Positions 11,576 to 24,290 of a DNA stretch of 64,000 nt are shown piece by piece. The stretch is from Octopus sinensis (taxonomy: Eukaryota). Location of the stretch: the NCBI RefSeq assembly GCF_006345805.1, contig NC_043004.1:44826001-44890000 (forward strand). Direction: 5' to 3'. The notes beneath the pieces are model-generated. The model was not told the DNA's origin. It saw only the letters and a program-made list of their open reading frames with translations, and ran no database searches. Positions within the stretch are counted from its first letter, which is position 1. Each line of letters opens with the position of its first letter. Made by a program: the position numbers and the translations under genes.

Positions 11576-12044
11576 CCTCAGTCATTTACAATGACAATTA
11601 GACTGAAATACGATCGATCTTTTCTAGCTTCTTTACTTTTAACAATGAAGAAGAAAGAAAGACAATAATGAATAAAGGGAAGGTCTTTCAGGTGTTTATG
11701 TTTTTATGAGGGGAGTTCAAGACCGATCGACTGCTAGTTCTCTCTTCTTTACCCCATTCTTGGTACTTATTCGCTTTCTTTCATAGTTCTTCGTCTTTTA
11801 GTTGATAGGGAAAGACCACGTTTTTTTTTTCAGGCACGTTTAAAGTTTTTTCTACAAACTACAAACAAGCATGTCACCTCCTTTCCTTTTTTTTTTTTTT
11901 TTTGTTTACATACAAAAACTTATGCAAATTTCAAACGTGTATAGCTGTAATATGAGCCCAGAAAAATGGATAATATCTCCTACTAAATGGGTGGGGGAGA
12001 AAAGTTGCCTACAGGTGGCTGCTACACGAAATTCAACTCGATAA

Positions 12045-12390
12045 TTTAGGGTGTCTTCTACTATAGTCTCGGGCCGACCAAATCCTCGTGAGTGTATTTG
12101 GTAGACGGAAACTGAAAGAAGCCCGTCACATATATATATATATATATATACAAACATACATACATATATATATATATGTGTGTGTGTGTATGTGTGATAT
12201 TTCTGTGTGCCTGTGTTTGTTATCCACCACCATGTTTGACAACCAATGCCGGTGTGTTTGTGTCCCCGTAACTTAGCTGCTCGGCAAAAAAGACTGATAG
12301 AAGAAGCTCTAGGCATTCAGAGAATGAGTCTAGGGGTAGATCTCTTCGATTAAAGGGTGGCGCTCCAGCATGGCCACCGTCAAATGACTC
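12045..12390 (+). mobile_element. SINE family A, 5'-truncated and decayed
   Basis: Body and tail similar to 54109-54530. Confidence 0.75.
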
Positions 12391-12705
12391 TGTGTGTGTG
12401 TGTGTGTGTGTGTGTCAGTGTGTGCCTGTGAATACCAGAAGAACGTTCCGTACCACTAAACCAAGAACGTTCTTTGAATATGTGCGATGCATTTTAAGGC
12501 TAAATAGTAATTCCGTTTACGTTTGCGTAACTGAGATATCTTGGTTGGGTTATGTAGTTATCGGTTTTATACTTCTTTGTATATTTTGTAGCTGTCACAA
12601 TATAGAAACATTTCTCATGACACCAGCACACAATTTACAGATACTTACATTTTTAATATATTCGGTGAATTTTTCATGGGTCCAGCTTGTAATAATAATA
12701 ATAAT

Positions 12706-13430
12706 AGCCCTATACTGGGAACGCAAGACCAAGCTCTGGCCACGAACCGGAGGGTCAACCTAAGGAATGAGCAAGTGTCTCTGCAGTGTCGCATCTGCAA
12801 TAGAGTGGATGAAACCATTGCCCGTATCACGAACGAATGCGTTAGACTTGCCCAAAACCATTACAAGTTTTGGCGACACGACGAGATAGCGAAAGTGCTC
12901 CACTGGAAACTTGCGGAAAGTGGGAGTTAGAGATAAGCAAGACGGGGACTAGCAAAATCCTCTGGGTTTTCCAAATTCAATCAGATCAGGTACTAGAGCA
13001 TAACAGACCGGACGTAGTGGTGGTGGACATGGTGCACCACATACGCTATATAGTTGATGTTGCATGCCCCTTCGACCCACGAATAATCAAGAAAGAAGAC
13101 GAAAATTAAAATAGATAAACAGATACAACCCTCTTAAGTACGAAATAGCCCAGCTATGAAAAATGAAGGTGAAGATAGTGCCAATTATTGTTGGGTCCCT
13201 GGGAACAGTATCAGAAGGCATCAGGAGGGATATAAAGGAAACTGGAATAAAGTGTCCAGAAGAACTGTTAGAAAAGGTTTGTCTCCTTGCCACAGCCAGA
13301 ATAATCAAGACAGTATTAGATAGCTGAAAAGAATGAATAGCATGGTACCGTAGCTTGCAGGTAGTAAGCCCGCTACGCATACAGGACTCCAGGAGCTCCA
13401 ACAAAACCCGTGATAAAGAGAAAATAGTAA
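12706..13430 (+). mobile_element. R4/Dong-type non-LTR retrotransposon 3' remnant (CCHC finger plus restriction-like endonuclease)
   Basis: Peptides TQDQAL, CRIC...ETI..I..EC..LAQ..Y..RHD, HNRPDVVVVD, IVDVACPFD and IVPIIVGSLGT. The 5' junction lies directly on (AAT)5. Confidence 0.8.
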
Positions 13431-13437
13431 TGATGAT

Positions 13438-13595
13438 AAGGATTTCAAATTTTGGCACAAGGCCAGCGAGTTGGGGGAAGTGGGTGATTCTATTAAATCA
13501 ACTGGTACTTATTTTATCGACCCTGAAAAGATGACAAGTAAAGTTGACCTCGGCGGAATTTGAAGTCAGAACGCGCAGACAGACGAAATGCCGAA
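13438..13595 (-). mobile_element. SINE family B
   Basis: Matches family B consensus motifs. Confidence 0.75.
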
Positions 13596-14265
13596 TAATA
13601 ATCATGTATTGGTGCGTGATTTTTGGGCCTATCCTGTATATTTGTGTCTAAGTGTATGTATGTATGTATGTAGACTTATATTAATTTGTGTGTATGTGTA
13701 TATGTGTGTCAGTGTCTGAGAGTGTGTTTGCGTATGTATTTGTGTGCGTATCTAATTTTGTGTTCTGTGCTTGGAATCTGCTCTTTAGATTTTCATTTGA
13801 ATATTGTTTCATACCATTTACATGGTTCATGTAGTCGGAGGAGATTGGTGATTAAGATCAAAACTAAATCTACAAATATAATTCTATTTATATATACTGA
13901 GAGCTGGTCTTTACACTCTCCTATTATAATGATATTCCCTCGAACTAAATGTTATTCACACTTTGATGTTTTTCAATCATGTCTGTCTACTGTAGGTAGT
14001 AATGTACTTCTGTTTGTATTATAAGATTATATTACCGGCCCGATATCACAATGGAGACTCTGAATGATGTCTAAGCCTGATAAAAATAGCAGCCAAATTT
14101 CCTTTATGTTACACCATGCCTTTTTCAAAAAGAAAAGACAGATTAGATAATATAATTCCAGAAACACTTGACAGTCTCTCATGAAATAACCTTGATAATA
14201 TTTTCAGCTCAACCAGCATTAATCTGGAATTACACAACAATTGCAGCAATATTATCCTGACAGAC

Positions 14266-14482
14266 AAGACGGCGAGCTGGCAGAATCGTTAGCACGTCGG
14301 GCAAAATACTTTGCGACATTGCGTCTGTTTCTACGTTCTAAGTTCAAATTCTGCCGAGGTCGACTTTGCCTTTCATCCTTTCGAGGTCGGTAAAATAAGT
14401 ACCAGTTGAGCTCTGAGGGTGATGTAATTGACTTACCCCTCCTCATAAGATGCTGGTCTTGTATCAAAATTTGAAACCAATT
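14266..14482 (+). mobile_element. SINE family B, full length
   Basis: Head GGCGAGCTGGCAGAATCGTTAGCAC, B-box AGTTCAAATTC, tail ..AAAATTTGAAACC. Confidence 0.85.
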
Positions 14483-15137
14483 TTATCCTGACAGACAGAT
14501 TTTCTGTTAATCCTACTGGCATTATTCTTGGTTGGCTAGAAGTTACAACTAAATTCGCCTTAAGTTATAATTTATTTCTTGAAAACCAAGGACGTATTGC
14601 ATAACAATATGTCTTTGATTACCTTTTTTTTTTACAAAAGAATAACACATTGTATAATGTATTCCTAGATTGACAGTGGTCTCTCCTGGAACGGCTTTCA
14701 TATTTTCTTGCCAACCAGGGTTGATCTAGAGTTAGACAACAACAAAAACAACAACAACAGCAGTATCAACAACAACAGCAAATATATTATTCTGACACTT
14801 TTGTGTTAATTCTTTTAACATTAATTTTGGGTGACTCATGTCTCTCAGCCTGCTAAAAATGACAGCCAGATTTCCATTAATTTATATACTGTCCCTCAAA
14901 AAGGAAGAATATATTACATACTGTTGTCCTTGATTACCTGTTTAGAAGAGGGGTGACAATGAAACCCCAGATACACGTGATAGTCTCTTCTGGAGCAATC
15001 GTGATTATGTCTCGCCAAACATAGCTGACCTAAGATTAAGTGATAACAATAATACTATTGACACCTAATCCTTCTTGCATTATTAATCTTGGCCACTATA
15101 TTGTTGCTCAAACTGCTAATAATAACAACCAAACCCA

Positions 15138-15655
15138 AGGCGGCGAACTGACAGAGTCGCAAGCCCGCGTGCAAAATTCTTGGCGACAGTTCGTCTGTTT
15201 TTACGTTCTGACTTCAAATTCTTCCAAGGTCGACTTTACCTTTCATCCTTTCGGGGTCGATGAAAAAAGTAGCAGTCGCGTACCGGCGTCGATGTAATCG
15301 ACATACCCACTCACCAGAAATTGCTGGCATTCTGCCAAAATTTGAAACCAATATTGAGCATAGAAAAAAGTCTGAAACTACAGAGGAAACTCTGATACTA
15401 ATTTTTCAATATGTATATACGTTCAGTTTTGTGCATAGCAAAAGCGGGCAGCAGGCAGAACCGTTAGGACACCGAGCTAAATTCTCAGCGACATTTCGTC
15501 TATCTTTACGTTCTGAGTTCAAATTCCGTCGAAGTCGACTTTGCCTTTCATCCTTTCGGGTTCGATAAAATAAGTACAAGTCGCGTACTGGGGTCGATGT
15601 AGTCGATTTACTCCCTCCTCGGAAATTGCTAGCCTTGTGCCAAAATTTGAACCCA
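15138..15655 (+). mobile_element. Two SINE family B copies (15138-15352, 15443-15655)
   Basis: Same head, B-box and tail as 14266-14482. Confidence 0.8.
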
Positions 15656-16564
15656 ATAACAACTAAACCTCCTGTGATTTATATTTTAATTCTTGAAAAA
15701 GAATGGTGGTACATAATGAAGTCCTTGACAGGATGTCACCTGCCCGAACGCTTTTGATATGAAACATTGACCAAGGTTAATCAATCATATTACCAACATG
15801 CTTTGTAATCATATTTCAGGTTTGAGTCTTGGTCTCTATATAGCCGCTCAATTAACTAAAAGTAGCAACTAAATCTACCTTATGCTATATCTTACTTTCT
15901 TAAAAAGGGGAGGACACATTAGATAATGTTATCGTAAATACACAGTATCAAAAAAATCAAAAACATGGGATGGCCAATTCTGGAATGTCACTGACAATAT
16001 GTCTGCTCAATCAAGGCTGTTGCGGGAATAAGCAACAAAATCACTACAGTAACAACAACAGCAACAAAAGCAACGACAACAAAAGCAAAAACAACACCGA
16101 CTCCGACGAATATACCAGCAATTATATTAGCAGCTCGCAGTGTGGGTATGTAAGTCTTCGAGAAATACGTTATCGAAATATAACCAAAATCTAGCAATCT
16201 TTAGATATAGTCTGGTTGAATAAACCGTCAGGCGAAACTTCAAGTCTCAGTCGATATGTATTTTGTGCTCACTTCGGCTCAGCTTTTTGTAATGAATCTC
16301 TCAAACTGTAAAATATTCTATTGTTTTAAGATAATAACCTTTAAAATAATAATCATAATCTAATATATAAAGCACACTTTCATATATTTTTTTCCTTTCA
16401 AATAATACCTAAATCCGTACCAGTATCATTCACTAATGTACGGATGTAGAATTAGCAGAATATTTTAAATATTTCCACCATTTCGTTGCGTGGGTTGTCG
16501 ATAGCGTGAAAATTTCCTCACTTTCATGCATGTCTTTTATTATCGTTTTTACACACCATCCCAA

Positions 16565-16646
16565 ATTATTATTATTATTATTATTATTATCGTCATCATC
16601 ATCATCATTATTATTATTATTATTATTATCGTCATCATCATCATCA

Positions 16647-16692
<46 letters not shown>

Positions 16693-16715
16693 CGTCATCA
16701 TTATCATCATTATTA

Positions 16716-16754
<39 letters not shown>

Positions 16755-16828
16755 CGTCATCATCATCATCATCATTATTATTACTATTATTATTATTATT
16801 ATTATTATTATCGTCATCATCATCATCA

Positions 16829-16865
<37 letters not shown>

Positions 16866-16915
16866 CGTCATCATCATCATCATCATCATTATTATTATTA
16901 TTATCGTCATCATCA

Positions 16916-16952
<37 letters not shown>

Positions 16953-16963
16953 CGTCATCATCA

Positions 16964-17015
<52 letters not shown>

Positions 17016-17035
17016 CGTCATCATCATCATCATCA

Positions 17036-17081
<46 letters not shown>

Positions 17082-17152
17082 CGTCATCATCATCATCATT
17101 TTATTATTATTATTATATTATTATTATTATATCGTCATCATCATCATCATCA

Positions 17153-17212
<60 letters not shown>

Positions 17213-17229
17213 CGTCATCATCATCATCA

Positions 17230-17275
<46 letters not shown>

Positions 17276-17292
17276 CGTCATCATCATCATCA

Positions 17293-17326
<34 letters not shown>

Positions 17327-17340
17327 CGTCATCATCATCA

Positions 17341-17371
<31 letters not shown>

Positions 17372-17515
17372 CGTTATCATCATCATCATCATTATTATTA
17401 TTATTATTATATTATTATTATTATTATTATTATCGTCATCATCATCATCATCATTATTATTATTATTATCATTATTATTATATTATTATTATTATTATCG
17501 TCATCATCATCATCA

Positions 17516-17549
<34 letters not shown>

Positions 17550-17611
17550 CGTCATCATCATCATCATCATTATTATTATTATTATTATTATTATCGTCAT
17601 CATCATCATCA

Positions 17612-17648
<37 letters not shown>

Positions 17649-17730
17649 CGTCATCATCATCATCATCATTATTATTATTATTATTATTGTTATTATTATT
17701 ATTATCGTCATCATCATCATCATCATTATT

Positions 17731-17761
<31 letters not shown>

Positions 17762-17799
17762 TCATTATTATTATTATTATTATTATTGTTATTATTATT

Positions 17800-17894
<95 letters not shown>

Positions 17895-17896
17895 CG
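16565..17896. repeat. 1.3-kb compound trinucleotide array, unit (TAT)n-CGT-(CAT)m
   Basis: About two dozen units, each TAT run switching to a CAT run through a single CGT. Confidence 0.95.
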
Positions 17897-18802
17897 TTAC
17901 ATTCCAGCATTTCTTTCGTTGAAAAAATCTTGATTCTATAATTTTATTGTTTAACCTTCAGAATAGACTCTAATTTTCTTTTCGGATCCAAAGTTTTTGT
18001 TTTTTTATTTGTTTTTTGCTTGTTTTTGTTTGAACGAATTTTCTTTTTTTCTTTTTTCTTTCTTTCTTTCATTCTTTCTCTATTTTTTCTTTCGAACTCT
18101 GCATTCATGAGCTTTTGCTCCTACTTATTGCATTAACACTTGTATATTTGTCTCTTTTGCATTGTTTATTTTTGAGTGGGAGCAGATTAAACAAAGTAGG
18201 TTATTTCCCTTTATTTTACAAATTTATTTTTACCTTATATAGAACTATACTTTTTTTTTCCTGCTCATTGGTACTTTTATTATGTATTTATTCTATCAAT
18301 ACTTTTATCATTTCTTCGCGTGTTAAATATCTTTTGATGTTATTTTTATTATTCTTCTCCATAATTCCTCCTCACATGACGGTATAGTTATTAGTGTTTG
18401 TTTTCGTTTTTGTTTACGTTGACTGATTTATATTTTTTTTTATTGATCTCAATACCGGATTCTTTCGCTATAATTTCGGGTGATGTGTAAATTAGGTGAT
18501 TTATAGAGATTTGTATTTATTTCATTTACTTGCTGCTTCATAATTATTGTTTCTAGTACATCGTTAGCTTGTGTAAATAATGCATGACTGTAGAGAGAGA
18601 GAGTGGGGAGAGAGGAAGAGTACAATGGGAAGATACTAAGGGTGCCTGCTGCATGAAGAACGAGTAGTAAAGTATGAGCTAACAGTCTTGTTTAACTAAT
18701 ACTTTGCTTCTTTACACTGTGACTTGAATGAATTATATGGATGATTATTCAGAGGCTAAGTGTTACTTAGTTCACAATTTCATGCTATAAAATTGGATTA
18801 AA

Positions 18803-19390
18803 AATTCCTTCCAATGTTGGCACAAGGTCAGCAATTTTAAGGAGTGGAAAAAATCGATTACATCGACCCCAAGGAACGAAAAGCAAAGTTGACCTCGGTG
18901 CGATTTGAACTCAGAATAAATACCGCTGCTCTAACGATTCTTCCAGGGAATAAATATGAGATAACATACTGCAGTTTTGTAATAACCTATATGTTTTAAC
19001 TTCTTCTAACACGAAGCGAATGAAGCGGCGTTGAAATATATAAGTATGTACAATTCGTGTACACTTGTCCGTGAAAGGACTTGTGCCGTAGAAATTATCT
19101 CCAGAAAGAAATTCTCTTTATAAATGATGTGCGGGAAAACACATTACTGAGCTATGAATGACGTCATCGAACCCTAGGTGGCACGCATTTCTCCATCGAT
19201 GCGCGTCATCAGCTTCAGTCATCAAATTCATCGTTCATAGCCCACTAAGATAATTCAGAGTTTATTGCTGTTGTTACTAGCGGTGTTGTCGCTGTTGCTG
19301 CTGTTGTAATTGATGTTGTTGGTGTTGTTGATAATATAATCGTTGTTTTGATACTGTGGTTGATGTTATTGTTGTTGTACTTATGATCAT

Positions 19391-19442
<52 letters not shown>

Positions 19443-19590
19443 CATATGGTGCCATGGCAGAACCGTTACAGCTTCGGATGTAAAGTCTTGCGGCATTCTT
19501 TCTTCCTCTTATGTTCTGAGTTTAAATCCTGCAGAAGTGAATTTTGCTTGGTCGATAAAATAAGGTAGCAGTCAAGTACTACGGTTGATG
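18803..19590. mobile_element. Two decayed SINE family B copies (18803-18945 minus; 19447-19590 plus)
   Basis: Family B motifs. Confidence 0.65.
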
Positions 19591-19936
19591 TAATAAACTA
19601 TTCTACATTTTATCGCCATTTTTTTTTTTTCGTAAATATGAAACACAAAGTATCCTTTTATTCTGTAAACATGGCTGGCTAAGGTATGAATGGTAACTGA
19701 GAGATATTCCTGTATCTTAGAATACTTGGGAGGTTTGGTGTAATGTAGGAAGAGTGTTTTATCGTATAAAATAATAAGAAATATACTTTTTTTTACGTTA
19801 TTTATATTTGACGGATATTTGTCCTCATCTTCTTTGTTGTTAACACAAGTTTCTGTTGATATACCCTCCAGCCTTAATCGGGTGTCTTGGGGGAATTTCT
19901 AACCTGGCTTCCCATTTCGAAGGAACTTTTTGATGC

Positions 19937-19939
<3 letters not shown>

Positions 19940-19990
<51 letters not shown>

Positions 19991-20094
19991 CATTTATATT
20001 GTTATTATTCAGGTACTGCCTGGAATCGAACTCGGAATCTTGGGGTTAGTAGCCCACGCTCTTAACCACCACGCCATATGCCCACGGGCATATG
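19940..20094 (-). mobile_element. Short tRNA-derived SINE (family C) with (AAT)n tail
   Basis: Minus strand has A-box TGGCGTGGTGGT and B-box GAGTTCGATTCC, then runs directly into (AAT)n. No acceptor stem. Confidence 0.75.
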
Positions 20095-20103
20095 TGACTT
20101 GAC

Positions 20104-20139
<36 letters not shown>

Positions 20140-20224
20140 TAATAATAATAATGATTATAATAATGATAATTATAATAATGATGATAATAATGATAATAAT
20201 AATAATAATGATAATAATAATAAT

Positions 20225-22329
20225 ACGGATGCAAAGATCAACTGCTAATCAATCGTATGATCCTTGAGAACTGTCACAACAATCTCAGCACCGCATGGAT
20301 TGACTATAAAAAGGCCTTCGACAGTATACCGCATCCATGGATCTTGAGATCGCTGGACATCTTCAAAATTTCCCCTGTGATTTCAAACTTCCTGAAGCAC
20401 AATATGTCGTTGTGGAATACGAATCTCCAATTATACCACTCTAATGGAGTACTTGCCTCAGAAAATATAAACATCAACTGTGGAATTTTTCAAGGTGACT
20501 CACTTTCACCTTTAATATTCTGCATAGCCCTAATACCCCTTACAAGTGAATTAAACAGAACAGGGTATGGGTATAAAATTGCCAATAAAAAAATAAGCCA
20601 TCTATTTTATATGGATGACTTAAAACTTTATGGTAAAGACAATAATGAACTTGAGGGCCTATTGCGCACCGTGAAAGCATTCAGCGATGACATCGGGATG
20701 GAGTTTGGACTTGAGAAGTGTGCCAAGGCCACTTTCCAGAAAGGGAAAGTGAAAACCACAAATTCAGTCGTGTTAGATGTTGACACAGTCATAAGAGAGC
20801 TTGAGCAAGAACAAACATACAAATATTTAGGGATAAATGAAGGCTCTGGTATTCAGCATGCAAGCATGAAAGAGAAGATCAGGAAGGAATGTTATAGGAG
20901 AGTTCGTGCAGTCCTGAAATCTGAACTAAATGCACGTAACAAGGTGTTAGCTATAAATTCCTTAGCAGTTCCAGTTGTTACTTATAGCTACAATGTGTTG
21001 AACTGGAATATGAGTGAAGTAAAGAATATAGATAGGAAAATACGCAAGCTGCTGCGTTGTAATAGGATGCACCACCCAAAGGCAGACGTAGATCGCCTTT
21101 ACCTTTCCAGAGCCCAAGGAGGTCGAGGCCTGATCCAATTTGAACTGGCTTACAAAACAACCACAATTGGACTGGCTAAATATCTCGAAATATCGAATGA
21201 ATGGATGCTAAAGCTCGTGGAAAATCACGAGAGACGAAAGAAGCTTCATTCTATCATAAAGGAAAGCAAAAAATTTGCTATTGATCTCGTGCAGGATACC
21301 CAAACTGAACAACCCGAGGGAAGTACGGCAACTATTGTTGCAAAGAAGGTGAAAATGATGGCAATGAAAAAAGCGCACGAGCAATTGGCTGATAGGTGGG
21401 AGGAGAACCTCTGCACGGCAAATATGTGACCCGCAGCAAACAAGCTGATGTTGACCAGAAGCAAACCCATCAGTGGCTACGGAGCTCAGGGCTAAAAGCA
21501 GAGAGCGAAGGTTTCATCCTGGCTGCTCAAGATCAAAGCCTATTAACCCGGAACTACCAGGCCAATGTGATGAAAAATGGAGCGGACCAAAATGCCGATT
21601 CTGCAACGACATGATTGAAACAGTGGACCACCTAATCTCTGGATGTAAAGTCTTAGCACCAGTGGAGTATAAATTAAGACATGACAGAGTTGGCCAATAT
21701 CTCCACTGGCTAATAAGTCGGCATTACAATATCAAACTGCCGACAAGTCGTATAATCACCACCCTGAGGCTGTAACTGAAGGAGAAAATGTAACCATTCT
21801 GTGGGACTTTCCAGTACATACAGACCGAACCATCAAGGCCAATAAACCAGATATTGTTGTGAAAGACCAAAACAATAAAGTTTGCTTATTGATCGACATG
21901 AGCATCCCCTGTGATCATAATATCTCAGCGAAAGAGTTTGACAAGCTCAGAAAATATAAAGACCTACTCATTGAAATTGAGAAAATGTGGCATCTCAAGG
22001 CGGTTACAATACCAGTGATCGTAGGAGCACTAGGAATGATCAAGAAGGGAACCGAAAATTATATGAGAATGATCCCTGGCTTACCATCCCTGCAAGAAGT
22101 GCAAAAGATTGTCTTAACTGGTACATCACACGTATTGAGAAGAGCATTGTCGATGTGAGAACTGTTGCTGCTCATGTATTTGAATTTAACTTAAAAAAAA
22201 AAAAAAAATTAACGAACTATTGAGTTTGGTTTAATGGCCTACCAATGTATACTATGAGTTTCTTTGCCCTAGGAGTCGGGAAGACACTCGGCAAGAAATG
22301 GAAGCAAATTTGAAAGAAGAAAAAAAAAT

Positions 22330-22330
<1 letters not shown>
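20225..22330 (+). mobile_element. R4/Dong-type non-LTR retrotransposon (RT + CCHC + restriction-like endonuclease), 5'-truncated, inserted in (TAA)n
   Basis: RT motifs WIDYKKAFDSIPH, GIFQGDSLSPLIF and LFYMDDLKLYGK; then CRFC..ETVDHLISGC, RHDRV, NKPDIV and LLIDMSIP. Stop at 22158, then a 3' UTR and A-tract. (TAA)n lies on both sides. Confidence 0.95.
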
Positions 22331-22381
<51 letters not shown>

Positions 22382-22801
22382 TAATAATAATGATAACAAC
22401 ATCGAAAATACCTTAATAATGACAACCCAGGTTCGAAATTTCCCCAAAATAATGAAGGCTGGAAGATATAGCGGCCGAGACGTTGTGTTAACACAAACAA
22501 GATGAGAACAAATATCCGTCAAACGTAAATAATGTACAACATTCCTCATCTCTTAAATATAGAACAGTAATGAAGAATATGTACTCCACAAAGATTTTAA
22601 GTAATCCACTATTTGAATGTAAAATCGCTTCAGAAAAAACATTAATATATGCATATGTGAGTGTATTGGAGGCCGTGAATTTGAGCTTGAGATCATACTG
22701 GTTTGACGAGCTTAATCTGCCACACGAGCTCGGCATGACTTGGCAGAGGGATGCAGTTTTATCCTCACACCCAGAAGTGTGTATATATACATACATACAT
22801 A

Positions 22802-23185
22802 CAGGGTTATTCAAAGTGGGCACCACCTGCAGCAAGGGTAACACCAATGCGATAAGAGAATTCCTCCCAGACGCGTATCAGCATGTCGCGATGAACTGCG
22901 TTGATCGGTGTTGTTATTCGATGTTTAAGATCATATCACCACAAGAAAAATCGCACACGATGAGGTATTTGGATCTCGCAGACCAGGCAGATACGCGTCT
23001 GGAAGAAATTCTTTGGTCGCATTCATGTTACGCGTGCTGCAGGTGGTGGCCACATTGAGCACTTTTAATGCAGGAAATACAAGCTGATTGTGAGTAAATA
23101 CTTGTGACTTAGCTGGAGTTCTCTATTGCTTTTCCTTATTGAAATGTTGCGTAAGGAAATCGGTTAACTCTTTTGAATAACCCTA
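22802..23185 (-). mobile_element. Internally deleted Tc1/mariner element
   Basis: TA|CAGGGTTATTCAAA ... TTTGAATAACCCT.|TA termini. The minus strand encodes CDF.. and RITT...DMLIRVWEEFSYRIGVTLAAGGAHFE*, a typical transposase C-terminus. Confidence 0.8.
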
Positions 23186-23495
<310 letters not shown>

Positions 23496-23904
23496 TATAA
23501 ATAATGTTTCTCGTACTGTTAGCGTTCCGCATTTCAGTCGAGTGTGTTAGTATTAATGTGGTAACATCGTAGATTTCGTCTTGGTATATGCTTGGCTGAT
23601 GAAGGTAAAACAAAATATGGGTGAGAGACATATCTTGTAAAACCTGAAACCTGCAGGTCCCACATTGTCCTTTTCCGGGTGTTTCATCTTTCAGATGTTC
23701 TCCCTGGAGGTAAGACGGGTTTTTTTACTCTAGTTTGTTGGACACACGCATTTTGCTAATACATACGCGGTGAAGCTACACATTAGCGTCGTATTTTTAC
23801 GTTCGCTATTTCCAGTAAATATCGGTACTTAGTTGTGCCATTTATTTACTAATTTATATATATATATATTTATTTATATATATATATATATATAAAACTT
23901 TTCT

Positions 23905-24290
23905 ATCTATTTTTGTTTGTCAGTAGACTGCGGCCATGCTGGGCACCGCATTGAAGAATTTTTTGCCGAATGTATACCCTCAGTACCTTTTTTAAAACCT
24001 GGTATTTATTCTATCGATATCTTTTCCCGAACCGCTAAGTTATGGGGACATAAGCACACCAACACTAGTTGTCAAGCGGTGGGGTAGGGGGACAAACACA
24101 GACACCCACACATAGGTATATTCATATATATTCGACGGGTTTCTTTCAGTTTCCGTCTGCCAAATTCACTTACAAGGCTTTGGTTGGCCTGAGGCTATAG
24201 TTGAAGGCACTTGCCCAAATTTCAACGCAGTGGGACTGAATCCAGAACCATGTGGTTGGAAAGCAAGCTTTTTACCACACAGCTACTATA
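23905..24290 (-). mobile_element. SINE family A
   Basis: Reverse complement of the family A head, body and tail. Confidence 0.8.

Noticed and set aside
16506-17941. Long ORFs of 475 and 471 aa (poly-Y/H/I/L/S)
   Set aside because: They are translations of a trinucleotide array that happens to lack stops; there is no coding signal.
19150-19245. Hammerhead on the minus strand (CTGATGA...GAAA)
   Set aside because: No NUH triplet or stem I/III can be formed; the GAAA falls inside a competing hairpin.
20009-20094. Bona fide tRNA gene (also 49230-49309 and 61460-61535)
   Set aside because: A and B boxes are present, but no 7-bp acceptor stem or clean cloverleaf could be formed, and the sequences continue into SINE bodies or tails.
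22570-23058. 162-aa ORF as a host gene
   Set aside because: It is chimeric: unique sequence, a microsatellite, and the antisense strand of a Tc1/mariner remnant.
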